Source of the DNA: Gonapodya sp. JEL0774
Taxonomy: Eukaryota
Assembly (NCBI GenBank): GCA_027604505.1
Contig: JADIIX010000042.1
Coordinates: forward strand, 62,001 to 126,000
Reading direction: 5' to 3'
DNA: 64,000 bases
The notes beneath the pieces were generated by a model. The model had not been told where the DNA came from. It saw only the letters and a list, made by a program, of their open reading frames with translations, and made no database searches. Every line of letters begins with the position of its first letter. The stretch's first letter is position 1. Below, one piece after another: positions 40,782-53,300 of the stretch. The position numbers were made by a program, and so were the translations under genes.

Positions 40782-42135
40782 TCACGGTAGCGATATATTC
40801 TCAACTACAGTGTATCCGAGCTCATCAGCACCCATGGCACACAGTTGCACACTCGGTATTCGCACAGTTCCGAAATCGACACTCGCACTTTTCTTCATCA
40901 AGGGGGCAGCATGAAAGGGAATGCGATCTCTCGTTGTTGAACGTGGCTGTCGGTGGAGAGTGTTCACTGCGAAGGGCGGGACGGGGGGGTGGGCAGTGCA
41001 AGGTCAATCAATACAAAACGGGCAAGTTACTGTCCAACAAGCGTTCTCCCGCCCGTGCACCTCCAAGAAGACACTCACTGATAGTCATGTGCAGTTTCAA
41101 ATCTCGCTCCGCTTCCAAGTCCGGGAATCCTGCCTGCACGAGTCCTTGCTTGACCATACCAGCAACCTTCGCCGCCCTCCCCTCCATCGCCCCTCCATCT
41201 TGGATGCCAAATCCCTCCTCTGCCACTCCCACATACACAACGTGCGCTGATTCCGCAGTTCCAACCATGACGTTGAGTCCGCGAATCCGGACCATTAATG
41301 TTCGAGTATCCAAGGCATCGTATACCAAGGAGGACAAACCTCGCAAAACTTTGCGGGCACGCTCAATGTCTGCGGTGGTCGGAAGAGAGAGCACAGCGAG
41401 AGTCAGATGAAGGCGAGCGGGGGGGATCAGCAGCGACTCGTGGAATCCGGCCAGTTTCAGTGTCCGAATATCGGAGTAGAGCGTCGTGACGCGCCGAACC
41501 AAGTTGGCGTCAGTCCCGAGTGGAAAGCAAAGGAAATGAGTTGGGCGGGACCGCCCGTTGGCTGGTTGATGTGTAGGGGTTGGAGAATCTGTCCCCTTTA
41601 ACTCGTCAACCAGCTTCACCAAAACGTCGCCGTGGCATGCTTCAGGTCTGCACCAACATGCGAGTACCTTCCCGTCTAGTGCCAGAATTCGATCTCGTAG
41701 GCTCGGCTCTTTGAGGAGTCTCTCTCGAATATATTGCTCATACTGCGATATTACAAGCTCTCGAGGGGAATCAGGCCCAATCTTGAACGGATTTCCCCAA
41801 TCCGAGCCAGGTATTGCAGGAAAGCGCTCTCCAGCAGGCATTGCTCTACCGATGTATGCGTGACTGGGATCCTTCATCCATTCGAGTGGATTCTGAACGG
41901 ATTTGATGTTGATCACAGTCGTTTTAGAGGACTTGTCCGCCGCTCCTTGCCCAGAATGTGCTTCCACAAAGATTGGCGGTCCACTGCTCGAGTCCATCAT
42001 CGTTTTTTCCTTGCTTTCCTTTGAAGATGCAGGAAGCAGAGTGCTATCGGAAGGGAGACTGGCAGTGGCGACACGGAAAATCCGTGGGCCGATCGGGACT
42101 AGTGTCACATTTTTGTTGGCTGCGAATGAAGACAT
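40782..42135 (-). CDS. DUF4326 plus AKAP7/ASCC1-like 2H phosphoesterase fusion (may extend upstream to an ATG at 42362 through an intron)
   Basis: YIGR...SDWGNPF...YEQYI...LDGKVLACWCRPEACHGDVL (DUF4326), then PTHFLCFPL, LHLTL and LHMTI|MNT (two HxT motifs). Confidence 0.82.
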
Positions 42136-44286
42136 CAGAGCAGCCGTTTCACAAGTACGATTGAATGGCGGGGATGTGAAGACTGCGTTGGTTTTGCACC
42201 AGAGGCGAGTGGGGGTGCAGTGTCAGCGTCACGCTGTGGCCTGCCACACTTGCTGTTTATCCACCTTTCCCGAAGACCTCCCTCCCTGGCACCCAACAAC
42301 TTACTGATGCTTTTGAGGGCGCTGTTGGTGGCGCTGTTGATGGGTGAGGTGTATTGTTGCATGGTAAAAACTTCATATGTACATATACAGAACAATCATA
42401 TTAGTACCATATAGCGGTGGTCCAAGTTCCAGAACTAATAATCTCGTAGCCATTAATCCGTAGATGTATCAAATGTGCACTTGATTGACGTCTCCCTGTA
42501 CTAATATTTGTGGCTCTACCTTGTGCGTGCATGGACTCCAACCCTGCTGCATGTGTGTCTTTTACAAACTCGCTTTAGCAGAATAGCCGACAGGCAACCA
42601 GGTGTACCTGTTGTCAATGTACACTTACCACACTCGGCACTTGAACGACAATTCTTGTCATCTGGGTTTGGAATCATCCTCCCAACTTCAGGACAGGACC
42701 AACACCGATCTTCTTCAAACGCTCCATTGATGGTGGGAGTCAGCACCCCTCAATTTTCACATTTTTCTTCGCAACATAGTTCTCCCCCTGCACATGACTT
42801 TCCCTCACTTGAGGTCAATAATGACAACTCTACACAAGGCAAACACCCTGACCGTTCACCGTAGTACGTCTGTTTTCTCATTTCCCTACCTCGGGACAGG
42901 ATACGCCACAGTGGGGCAGCCACTTGAGCAAAGAATCACGATGGTCATGATCACGACCAGCGACACAAAGGTAACTAACTACGCACCTGCCCCTGGTGTG
43001 CTTGTGGTATGGGGATTGCTCCAACCCAGCCTTGCACTTGGTGTACGATATGCACCCACTCTCTTTTGTTGTTTCCTCCGTTTCTGTTTTCGGTCCATGT
43101 TGTGTGAACGCCGGTCCCCTCCCAACCCGAGTGACAACTGCACCACTCCAGCTGGTCCCACGGTTGCATCACCCTTGACCTTCCTTTCTCTTCGCTCGGA
43201 ACTCGGAGGTGGCCCACTCTGCATCCATGTCCGTGTCCATGTGGTGCCGTTTGGTGCTGGTACATGCTGTGCTCTACAGATCATAGGCGTGGTATCTGAT
43301 CCCGCCCGACAAGAACTCTGTGTGGTGCAGTTGTTGTGTCCCCATATCACTTTCGCACACACGGCGCGGTCACACGCGTACCCAGACGACCTCTTCTTCC
43401 CGTTAAAACGCCATGGCGTACCCACCTTTACCTCCACCTCCACCTTCGTTGCTATTCCTACAACGTCCATCAGCACATACATCTCACATCCCAAATCCAA
43501 CCCACGTTGTCCCGGGAGAGTTCTCTGGTCCCTTTGGAGCAAAGCACTGTATGTACGAAGGTGCCCACACTGCCGGCAGAACCAGGGGTGGAATGATCTG
43601 GTACGAAAATACGCTACAATACAAATATGTTGGAGATTTGAAGTGGGAACATTTGTGGGCTGTGCGGCTGAGGGGTGTCATGGAGCACCGTGGGAATGAA
43701 CGCAACTTGAGGGCCGGTCTGCGGGCATCCGCCACATCGTCGCGGGTCCCAGCCATGGAGGAAGTGGACCTCCGGGTCATCTGGACCGTATCTCCTTCCC
43801 ATGGACCAACCCTGCAGAGATCAAGGTCGGGATGGCATGACTCTTGGCTCAGAGAATCCATCCCGCGCGAAAGAAAAGCCGAAAACTGTTTCGCCCTAGG
43901 CGTGCGATGAAGTTCCAACTACGAAAAAGTGAGAGGTTTGTATCTATCCGTACCTGCTATGGCTCTCAAGGTCCGTGGATGATCAATCGACAGTCGAATC
44001 GACTCATTCACACCTTGCACACAACTCAAAAGGAGAAGCAACAGAACGACCTCAAGAATCACCCTTCTCCGATGACTTGGCCGGAGGAAAACAAACCATT
44101 TGCTGATGGAGAAGGGGGATGACTGGGTCATCGCTCCTACGGATTTCACATTTTCTCGAGCGAACCTCTCGTTTCATGCAGGCACTTTGCAACTTTCCGA
44201 GAATACAGTACAAAAACAGGATACGCTGCTACAACATCTCTATTTCCTTCGTCGAAGGACCGAATAATCCCCCAGACCACAAACAC

Positions 44287-47200
44287 TCAAATCTTCGCCT
44301 TGGGGGCGGGAGCAGTGGCCAGGAGAATGTCGCGAATATCAAAGAGAGCCTCCTCGATGTGAGCTTTTAGTCGGTGAGGTTGCATGGGTTTGAGCGAGGC
44401 CACGTTGAAGTGCATGGAGTCGTTCTTGATCATGTAGGCAATTCTAACAATAATATATCGGTGAAGACATGATTGAACGCCAAATGAAACGTCGACAAAC
44501 ATCGTTTTCTGCTTTGACGACTCAAAACTCACCCGTAACCATCCGGAACGACTTCTCCCCACCCGTACCCCTCAAAGTAGTCGTTTGGAATCTGCGACGT
44601 GGAAAGACGCCAGTGGGAAGATTTTGTGTATGTGGGGTCGGTGAAGATTTCAGGTTTCGGCTCGTCTGGTTTCAGGATCAGGCGGAGACCTATCCGGTGC
44701 AACGGTACGCTTGAAGTGGGGAGTTGTTTGGGAGGCTCCGTACTCGACACGACTCACCAAGCAAGTGCCTGTCCACCCCGTGACCTTCAAGCGCGTCGTT
44801 CATGTACGCAACATGGGCGTCAACTGCAGCTCGGCAGAGTTGACCCTTGATCTTGACCTGAGGTATGTCCAACCATATCATCGAAGAACCAATTGAGCAC
44901 CCCACGACCCTTGTGTTTGATCTCGCAGTGGACACTTACCGGGATGGTAGGATCAACCATGGCAGCAGTCCATGCCTTGCTAGCGTCAGAGAACGTCCGG
45001 ACGGTCTCTGTCCGACCCTCGTCGAATTTGCGGGTGTTCGCGGTCTCGTACGTTGCACATCCAACACCGTGCATGCGGAAGAATGCCTTAACAAACAAGT
45101 CGGGTCGGTTCAACGGTGACAAACAAGTCGGGTCAGTTCAACCGTACACCGTGTCACAAAAAGCTAGCAGCAACACACCAACTGCATCGCCATCTGCGCC
45201 AATGCGTCGGGTGACACCCCCATCTTTTTAATGAGGTTCTTTCCGTAAGCGTATGAAGCCAGTACCGCAACGTCGTGCTTGCTGATGAGTTCGTCGAACG
45301 ATTTCTGAGCCTGGGCGATTGCGGTGTTGAGGGCAGGGGTCAGAACAAAGTCAAGTTTGGTCGGGGTCGGCACTGAGACGGGTGAGGTGGCTGTTCCGCG
45401 GGGGATTTTGTTGTTGATGGTCCTGCGGGTTTCGAACAACATGCACAATCACAGTCAGAGAAGGAGAGGGAGACATGGTGAGCACGACTCACTGATCCGC
45501 AATCCAGTCGAACATCTTCGCGGTCGGGGTAGCGTCGATCATCGAGTGCTCGCCCATGAAGGCTGCCTTGCCGTTCTCCCACACAATGATTTGAGAGTGC
45601 TGCGAGAAAATGGAGGTGGGTCGGTGAAAAGGTGTTCCCACAGACTAACGAACTCAAAGTTGTGTGCTTACCTTGTCATAGTAGCGGGATGCGGCATCCC
45701 CGTGCCATGCAGATCGAGCACACTGGGACAAGATATCAAGACATTGACACTCAATACTACCCAACCACGAGACTCGACACATTGCACCAACTAATATCTC
45801 CACTTACCTCCTCACGAGTCACAGGGCTGTCGCTATCCAAGCACAACACAAAGATCGAAGTCTGAATGGCATCCAGTGATTCGATATTGACAGGGCTCGC
45901 AGCACGCAGAGCCTCGTAGTTCTTGGTCCAGACATCACGGTTGTCAGCTACAAGAACGCCGACTGCAGGTCCTTTCTTGGATCCTGCAAGCTCAACCACT
46001 CGCTGGAGTTGACTGGTTCATCGGTATGCTGTTAGATTAGAACTGCTGTCGGGTTGGACAAATTACTCACATTTCGAGCTCCGCAGCGCTGAGTTCTTTT
46101 CCATCAGTGCCTACGGTGGGTACCTTGAAGAACTGGTTGTTGCGGATGACGACAATGAACTCGTGTTGGGCGGGATCAGCAGACAGGCAAACATCGTCGG
46201 GAATCTTGGGGACACGGCAGGCGTTGAAAACACTGAGAACGAGCGTGAATTTATTTAACAAAAGGGATTTGGGGAAGGAGCGTTTCTTCAATCAAACTAA
46301 AGGGGGCACGTGTGGGTATGTTGTCAACTCACAAGGCATATTGGCGAGAATCCATGGCGCTACCACGCTGCATTTCCGGCTCCAATTCGCCCCTACCATT
46401 GGTTAACGCGTTTAAAAATCTATGTCGACCGATTTTTAACTCAAAACTCACGCGTTAAGGAGTTTCCTGTAAGCGAGTGCTCCTTTCACAAGGCTCGCGG
46501 CCCGCACAACCTGGTTGGTCCTCGCCTTATCATCGCGCATGACATAGAAGTACGAGACATTGATAACGATGGGATCTCTAATGGGTTTGCGGGAAGATTT
46601 TGTTGAGAAGTTAGTCCGGGTAGTTGCCGCAGAAACAAACGACTTCCATGACGCCAGAACGCGCTTATTGCTCGCAAAACAGCACACATGTAAATAAAAA
46701 CTAACTCATCGATGCCGCTGGTTCACTTCAAACGATCCTCGCGTGCTATCCCGCTATCCGGAGCGATTCCGATCCCGGGGGAGTCCAACTACCTTCCCCA
46801 TTCCGGAATCTCACCTGTAGCCCATGTATGCATAGCTGAACCACCAATCCGCCTAGAAAAGATTACCAATGAATTCAATTGTGAGCCATCGACACTTTCG
46901 GAACGTCATTGAACCCACCAGCCAGCTCGGGTGCTCCTTGCCTCTCTTTTCAAGCCTCGTCTGTAATTCCTGTCCAATGCCTCCAGGTTTGATAAAGTCC
47001 TGTACAGCCTTAGTAGTCTGTGCGAACTCCTTATCGTTCAAGAGTGGGCGCACACTCTTGAGGTACTTCGCCGCGGTGTCCTGCAGTTTGGGTACCGGAA
47101 GGCGAGGCAATTTGCTCTGGCCGGCCCAGAGGGGTTTGGAGGGGTCCATCTTTACAAAAGTCTCCTTGTAGGAGACCTTTACTTTTGCGGCGGTGGACAT

Positions 47201-47323
47201 GGCGCGGGATGGGGTCTGGTCGGGAATGGTTCCGGATGAGACATGACACGGTGAGCAGGCGCGTCGACGATTGCAGTTTCTCACAACAGGAGAGAGCCTC
47301 TGAAATGCAGTCTTAAGGAACAT
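44287..47323 (-). CDS. CAT2: Carnitine O-acetyltransferase
   Basis: LPRLPVPKLQDTAAKYL, RYYDK, GEHSMIDATP, SPDALAQMAMQL, TYETANTRKFDEGRTETVR, GVDRHLLG, GWGEVVPDGYG; ends AKI-stop. Confidence 0.92.
45091..45146. repeat. Intronic 28-bp tandem duplication
   Basis: acaaacaagtcgggtcggttcaacggtg followed by acaaacaagtcgggtcagttcaaccgta. Confidence 0.85.
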
Positions 47324-47742
47324 GGAATTCCGGCGAGGTGCGCCGGCGAGGGATTGATGGGAATGAAAAAGTTTGTCGGGAGGATTCTGAGAGAAGCGCC
47401 AGCCTCTCGTCACCTCAGCCGGAATGTCAGATAAACGCAAACAATAATCTAATGGTCACAAGGACATATATGTCAACAGATCGCAAAATTTCTTTCGCGT
47501 ATAGTTCACCACTATGTTGCCCTATTTAAATCACTCAGAGGCGACTAAAGAGTTGCCACTACCCCCACTTACCCCACGGGTTCATCAATACTACGTTGAT
47601 GATGACCTGAAAAACTTCCTTTTGCGCCGTGGCATTGGATAAGCTTCTGATTTGGTTTCTTCCCCTGCTCCTTCAATGGATCTGAATGGGTGTTTCTATC
47701 TCGCGCTTTCCTTCGATTGCTCGGATGCCATTCCAGAGGTGT

Positions 47743-48825
47743 TCACTCCTCCTTCCTCCTTTCATTTGCCTTCTGGAGGAGCTGTATCACTTCCTCGTCT
47801 TCGGTTTGGGTGAAGTCCTGTTGCGCGAAAGGCATGGTGACCAATCCGCCATTGCAGGAATTGGGAGGCACCAAGTACCCACGTCGTAAAAGGCTCCCAC
47901 CCCTCCCAAATCTTTGGGCTCTGTCACGCATACCAACTCATTTCCAATCCCGTCCCTCCTGAACGCCCTTGCGGTGTCTGCGGCGGCGACCGGGACGGCG
48001 AGGATGAGACTATCACACTCGGCGCGGCGAATAGCGAGTGCGGCCGATTTTATAGTAGCGCCGGTTGCAATCCCTGAAATCCATTCGATTCCAGGTGATA
48101 ATAAGGTGTATGTTTGAAAGAAGAAAACGCGAAATTTGAAGCTGAGATCCGTTCCCCACCGTCATCGACGAGCACAACCGTTTTCCCACGAACAATCGGC
48201 GCAGGAGCCCCGTTGCGATACCTTTTATTGCGGCCTGAGGTAGAGAGCAATGAGTACAAGCAGACTCGTTTGTGATGGTGCGAAGTGTGGGGATGCAAGA
48301 ACCGACCTGCCCTCCTCCATCAGATACTTACGATTCAATTCCACTTCCTCCCTCGCTCTTGTTTGATCGATGACTTGTTGTGGAACTTTGAGGAGCCTAA
48401 GGATATCGTCGTTCATGACCACGGTCCCATCCATAGCGAGCGCTCCTAAAGCCCTTGACACCCAGAAGTGAAGAACGAGAGGACACGTCGAAAATGGAAG
48501 TAAAATAGCTCACAGCTCCTCGTTATGTGGTGCTCCGATCTTCCTAACGATGTATAGATCCAACGGAGCTCCCAACCGCTGGGCGATAGGATACGCGACG
48601 GGAACGCCGCCTCGGGGAAGAGCGAGAACTATGACGCTCGAGGTCGGGGTAGAGGAAAGCCTGAAATCAGATGTTTGAGACGGGTGAGTGAATTGGCTCG
48701 GCTGTAGGAGCGTGACACATATTTTGCAAGCGTTTGCTTTGCACTCACGCGGCTGAGCTCATCAGCTTTTCTGAAAGTCGAATACCTGCATCAGCGCGAT
48801 TTTTGAAAGTATGTTGCGTGTACAT
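47743..48825 (-). CDS. Type I phosphoribosyltransferase of the prokaryotic 'FxDRx[12 protein letters not shown]' (COG1926-like) family
   Basis: [41 protein letters not shown]-binding VVLVDDG|IATGAT, LAVPVAA, VGAFY...[10 protein letters not shown]; several GT-AG introns. Confidence 0.85.
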
Positions 48826-49263
48826 GTTGCGTTCACGTTGGAGTCACTAGTCGGGGCCTCGTGGGTTCGTGGTCCGTGTCGGAAGCGGATAAAATTGGTT
48901 GTCCGACCCCAGACGTACAAAACGAGAAGCTGGGGAACAGGTGAAATTGTGCTGCAATTTTCAGAGTATTGGGTAAGTTCTCAGTAAAAAAATGGCGCTC
49001 CACGTTCGGTCAACTCTCTTGGGCTTCTGAATCGATCGGGGCTTCCTCACTCAAAATTAGAAACGTAATAACTCTTGTGAGATTTAATACATAGAGGTGT
49101 GCGTGGAGTGATGGGAGTGGTCTTCGCCACATGTGTGTGCTCTCCAAACCACGAGCTCCCAGTGAGGGCACAAGCTTTCCCCACCCGATCGTCATTTCTC
49201 ACGGACTCCGGCTTGAGTCTCTCCAATTTTCTTCATTCTCGATACGTGAATTTTCAATTCTTC

Positions 49264-51677
49264 ATGCCGGCCAACTTCAATCCCGGGCTCCAAACAAGAT
49301 GCCGTGAAGGTGGGACAGATGTTCCATATGAGCGACGCCAGGTGTCCACCAGAGCAGTGGGCTGGATGAAGAAAATTGCATCAAATCCGGTTCGGGATGC
49401 CTACATGAAGTGAGTGACGGGGAAGTGTTGAAAAATGCCGATAACCCGGCACCTCGGAGCTCACATCGCCGATCGAACGCTTCTGGGAGGAGCGCAAATA
49501 TTCTCGCTATTCTCAATGGATTTATATTGATAGTAATGGCAATTTTGTAATAATGCCTGTATCTTCACCCTCAGATACATCACGAACCAGTATGACAGAA
49601 GGTCCAATCCTAATGGGTGCGTTTTGTTGTGACAAGATTCCACCAGAGACTACTACGAAATGATGCAATTCGCGCTATTGCCATCCCCTTCGCAGCATTA
49701 TTTCCCTTGGCGCCGCGGAGAACCGATGTATGTGGGACGAAACCGTCGCCCGATTCGCTCAGCCCGGAACGGTTGCGATTTCCCGCTCCATGCTTTCGTA
49801 CGACTTGCCGCAAGGACCAACCAAACTGAGAGAAGTATGCAAGCTTATTCACTCCTTGTCGCCTTCTCCGTCACATATCTTTTCGGCAGTGTGATTGACC
49901 GCTCCAAACTTTGTCAAACCCAGGCCATCGCTGATGTCTGGAACACTTACATGGGCCCGCTCCTCGTCCCACTTACTGCCAATAATGTCACCGTTCAAGC
50001 TGGGTGTGGGCAGTCGATCGACGCGTGAGTTCCGTGGTGTGTGAATTATTTCCAACCAAAGTTCACGGTATGCAGTGCTTGTGCTGATGAGTCCACCTAA
50101 GCTAACTTTTGCTCCTTTACACTTAACAATTTTAGTATAATGCAGGTCCTCTGTGACCCAGGGGAGGGCGTGATGATTCCCGCACCCTACTACAACGGCT
50201 TTGGTATGCGTTCTGCCGCTCACGTCCGTTTCAAAGCCGTGCTCATTTCCCAATGCTTTTCTTCGTCTTTTTTATCATGATGATGTGCCTCGTGACAATC
50301 TTTGGCCCTGTTTTGTGAACCCAACACCGCCATTTCCCCTTTTCAAAGACGGCGACGCCACAATGGAACCCGGAGCAATCCTTGTTCCTTGCCCCATGTC
50401 ACCTCCGTCTTTTCTCTTCGACATCGCCTCCTGTCGGACGTCATATGACGATGCCATTGCGCGAGGAATAACTCCTAGAGTGTTCTTACTGTGCAACCCA
50501 TTGAATCCTTTGGGGCGGTGCTACAGCAAGAGCGAATTGATGGAAATAATGGAATTCTGTGGGGAGAAGAAGTTGGAATTGGTGGTCGATGAGGTGGGCA
50601 ACACTTGTGCGAACTGTCAGAACTGCACAGTATCGGTAGATTCACAAATGAAAACTCGCAGATCTACGCCCTATCCTACTTTGGTGATGCCACACCATCC
50701 ACCTCGTCTGGTTGGAGCACCAAGTCTCGCTCCATTGTTCCTTCCCCCAACTCAAAACCGTCTGTCCTACCAGCGTATACGTCAATATTTTCAATGAAAC
50801 CGCCCGCGACGTTACCGGCCACGTCGATCCACGTACTGTGGGGACTCTCTAAAGACTTTGGACTGAATGGTGTCAGAATGGGAGTGGTTCTGTCTGTGAG
50901 TCGAGGACTCGCTGTGTTCGGTGTTTGGCGCGAAGTCACTCGGGAGCGATCATGAAGACCGGGCAGATCCTTGCTCATCCCGTATCCCATTTTTATATGC
51001 CACGCCGCATTCCACGCACCACTCCACTACCTACCTCAGTACTCCGCGCCCGTCCTCAGTGCGCTCTTGTCCATCGCAATCCAACACAATGTCAGTGTCC
51101 CCATGGGCCTTGCTGTAGCGAAGCTCCTCTCGGACAAAGCCTGGGTCGCTTCGCACGTTCCCGAAAACAAGAGGCGGATCCGGGGCATGTACGAAGTGGT
51201 GAAACAGTGGATGGACGCACGAGGTGTCAATTTCTGTGAGGCAAATGCAGGATTTTTCGTATTTGTGGACCTGAGGAAGTGGACAGAGATGGTGGGAGCG
51301 ATTAATGGGGGCGTTGGGGAGGCGTTTGTAGTTTTGGATGAAGGGGACGCTGACGATGCAGGCAGGGAAGTGGTGGGGAAGGTAGATAGGACGGCAGAGT
51401 ACGATTTGTTCGCCAAGTTCGTTGATGGCGGGGTTTTGTGTGTAAATGGAGGAAGGTGAGGTGCTAGTTCGGATATCCCCGTTCTTTTGCGTTTTCACCG
51501 ATCCCTTCGTTTTCCAACCCTATCGCTTGTAGCTACGGTTGTAGTGAGATCGGCTGGTTCCGTCTTGTCTACACTGCCGTCGACAGTACGAGTGATCTCC
51601 AGCTAGCGCTTTCGAGGTTTGGTAAGGTGCTTGATGATGTAGAGAGTGAGCACATGAACAAGGTTGGGGCACTGTAG
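49264..51677 (+). CDS. PLP-dependent class I/II aminotransferase, ACC-synthase-like
   Basis: NPNG|IISLGAAENR, LCDPGEGVMIPAPYYNG, CNPLNPLGRCY, VVDE|IYALS, WGLSKDFGLNGVRMG, AGFFVFVDLR and GWFRL. Confidence 0.85.
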
Positions 51678-53300
51678 AATGGTAGTGATGGAAGAGACTT
51701 GCGTCCTGTGTCGATGGCACAATGAAGTTCTGATCGGGTCGTTTTTCTTGAACTGTACACATTGTTGAAAAGCAAATTTGTCAATCAATATCCCAATATG
51801 CGAGAGGGAGCCAGGGAGGTGGAGTGGAGGGGAGTGGTACTTGCTTATACTCGGTCTCTCCCCTTTCATGCTCTACTATTTCCTCTATTTCTACACATTT
51901 ATGATCAAAGTTCACTACTTTTACTCAAACCCTCTGCGGCACCTTCATTGTCCCCCACTCCGTGTGTTTCGTCGCTTGCAATTCCACTATCCATGTAAAC
52001 CATATTATTTGTTCCTGAAAATGTTCTTGCTGCATGAAAGCAACAAAGGACATTGATTTGACTCCACTCAATTTCAGGAGCTGCTTGATATAGTTTTCTG
52101 TTCCATTACGTCAGTGCAGTGGTTACCGACGTTCTCACTTCTCACAAACTTCCCATTGCGCTATGAAGAAGTGATCACAAGATCCCCTTCTTTGGGACCC
52201 ACGCAGACAGCGACAAGTGCCTTCATTGGGAAGCCAAGCCTCCTTATCGTCCGGACCATTTGTGAGTTTCTCCGCGTCCCCCGTATGGAGTCACACAAAC
52301 AACCTCCCTGAGCGGATGACGCAAGCTGACCCCAGTTCTCTAGGAAATGGGAGTGAACATTTAGATCCCGATTGGTTTTCAAATACTTTTTGGGCTTCCA
52401 AAGTGTTCTGATATGGCGTTTTCTTTGTGGCCCCCCCCCAAACTTGCCATCTCCTTTAGCTGGACAAGTGTGATCTTAGGTTTTCCCTGCGGCTCCACAG
52501 TCGCTTAGTGTGAGAGACGTGTACACGAGTTCCTTCAGACATACATTATTGGTTTTCGGGACAAAACCGTCGGTCCCACCGCAGACGCTCACTGCTGAGC
52601 CGGTTTAATTTGTTTTGTTTCACCTCATTTGCTGTCGGTTATCTGCCGCTTCCATGTCATAATGTGATGTCCTGCACTAGAGATTTAGGACGGTAGATAC
52701 TAGATGTATCGGTAGACAATCATACACGTGTGGCTGCTACGCCTGTATACGCCCTCACATGTGGTCACGCCCCCAGGACACTGGGTATACCGCCCTCCCC
52801 CATCTTCTTTCAGGTGACGACCTCGTCAGTCCAATACACTCGTCCGTAACAGGCAACAAAGCTCTGCCGTAATGTCGTGCTATGCACAACAGCAAGACGA
52901 TCATGTTTACCCTACCACAACATACAAGTGTGTAGTTCATGCTGTTGTGGTGTCACGTTCAAAACTCAGTAGAATTCTCATCACACACGTGGATATTTAA
53001 TATCTGACTCATCTGACAACACCTTAAGAGTGCTGCAATACAGTAATCTCATGAGGATGGAGTGCTGGCCTCGGAGATTCGAATGCCATAATTCCAAAAA
53101 ATCCTTTCGGTCTGTGCACTATATTCTCCTTCGTCGTGTTACACAACTGTTGCAATGTGTAATGCAGTCAAAAGACGTCGCGGCATAATGCTCCACCAAA
53201 CAAGAATATACAAAATCCTTCCCGTCCTTTCAAACCCGTCGAGTATCGTCCAGAACATGCAAGCTGACCTGTCGCACGCCTCGGTTATATCCATTTTCCG

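Noticed and set aside
42133..42395. Upstream ORF whose TGA overlaps the ATG of the DUF4326-2H gene (TGATG), resembling translational coupling
   Set aside because: A GTAAGT...CAG intron joins ATG 42362 in frame to the main ORF, so an ordinary spliced first exon explains it
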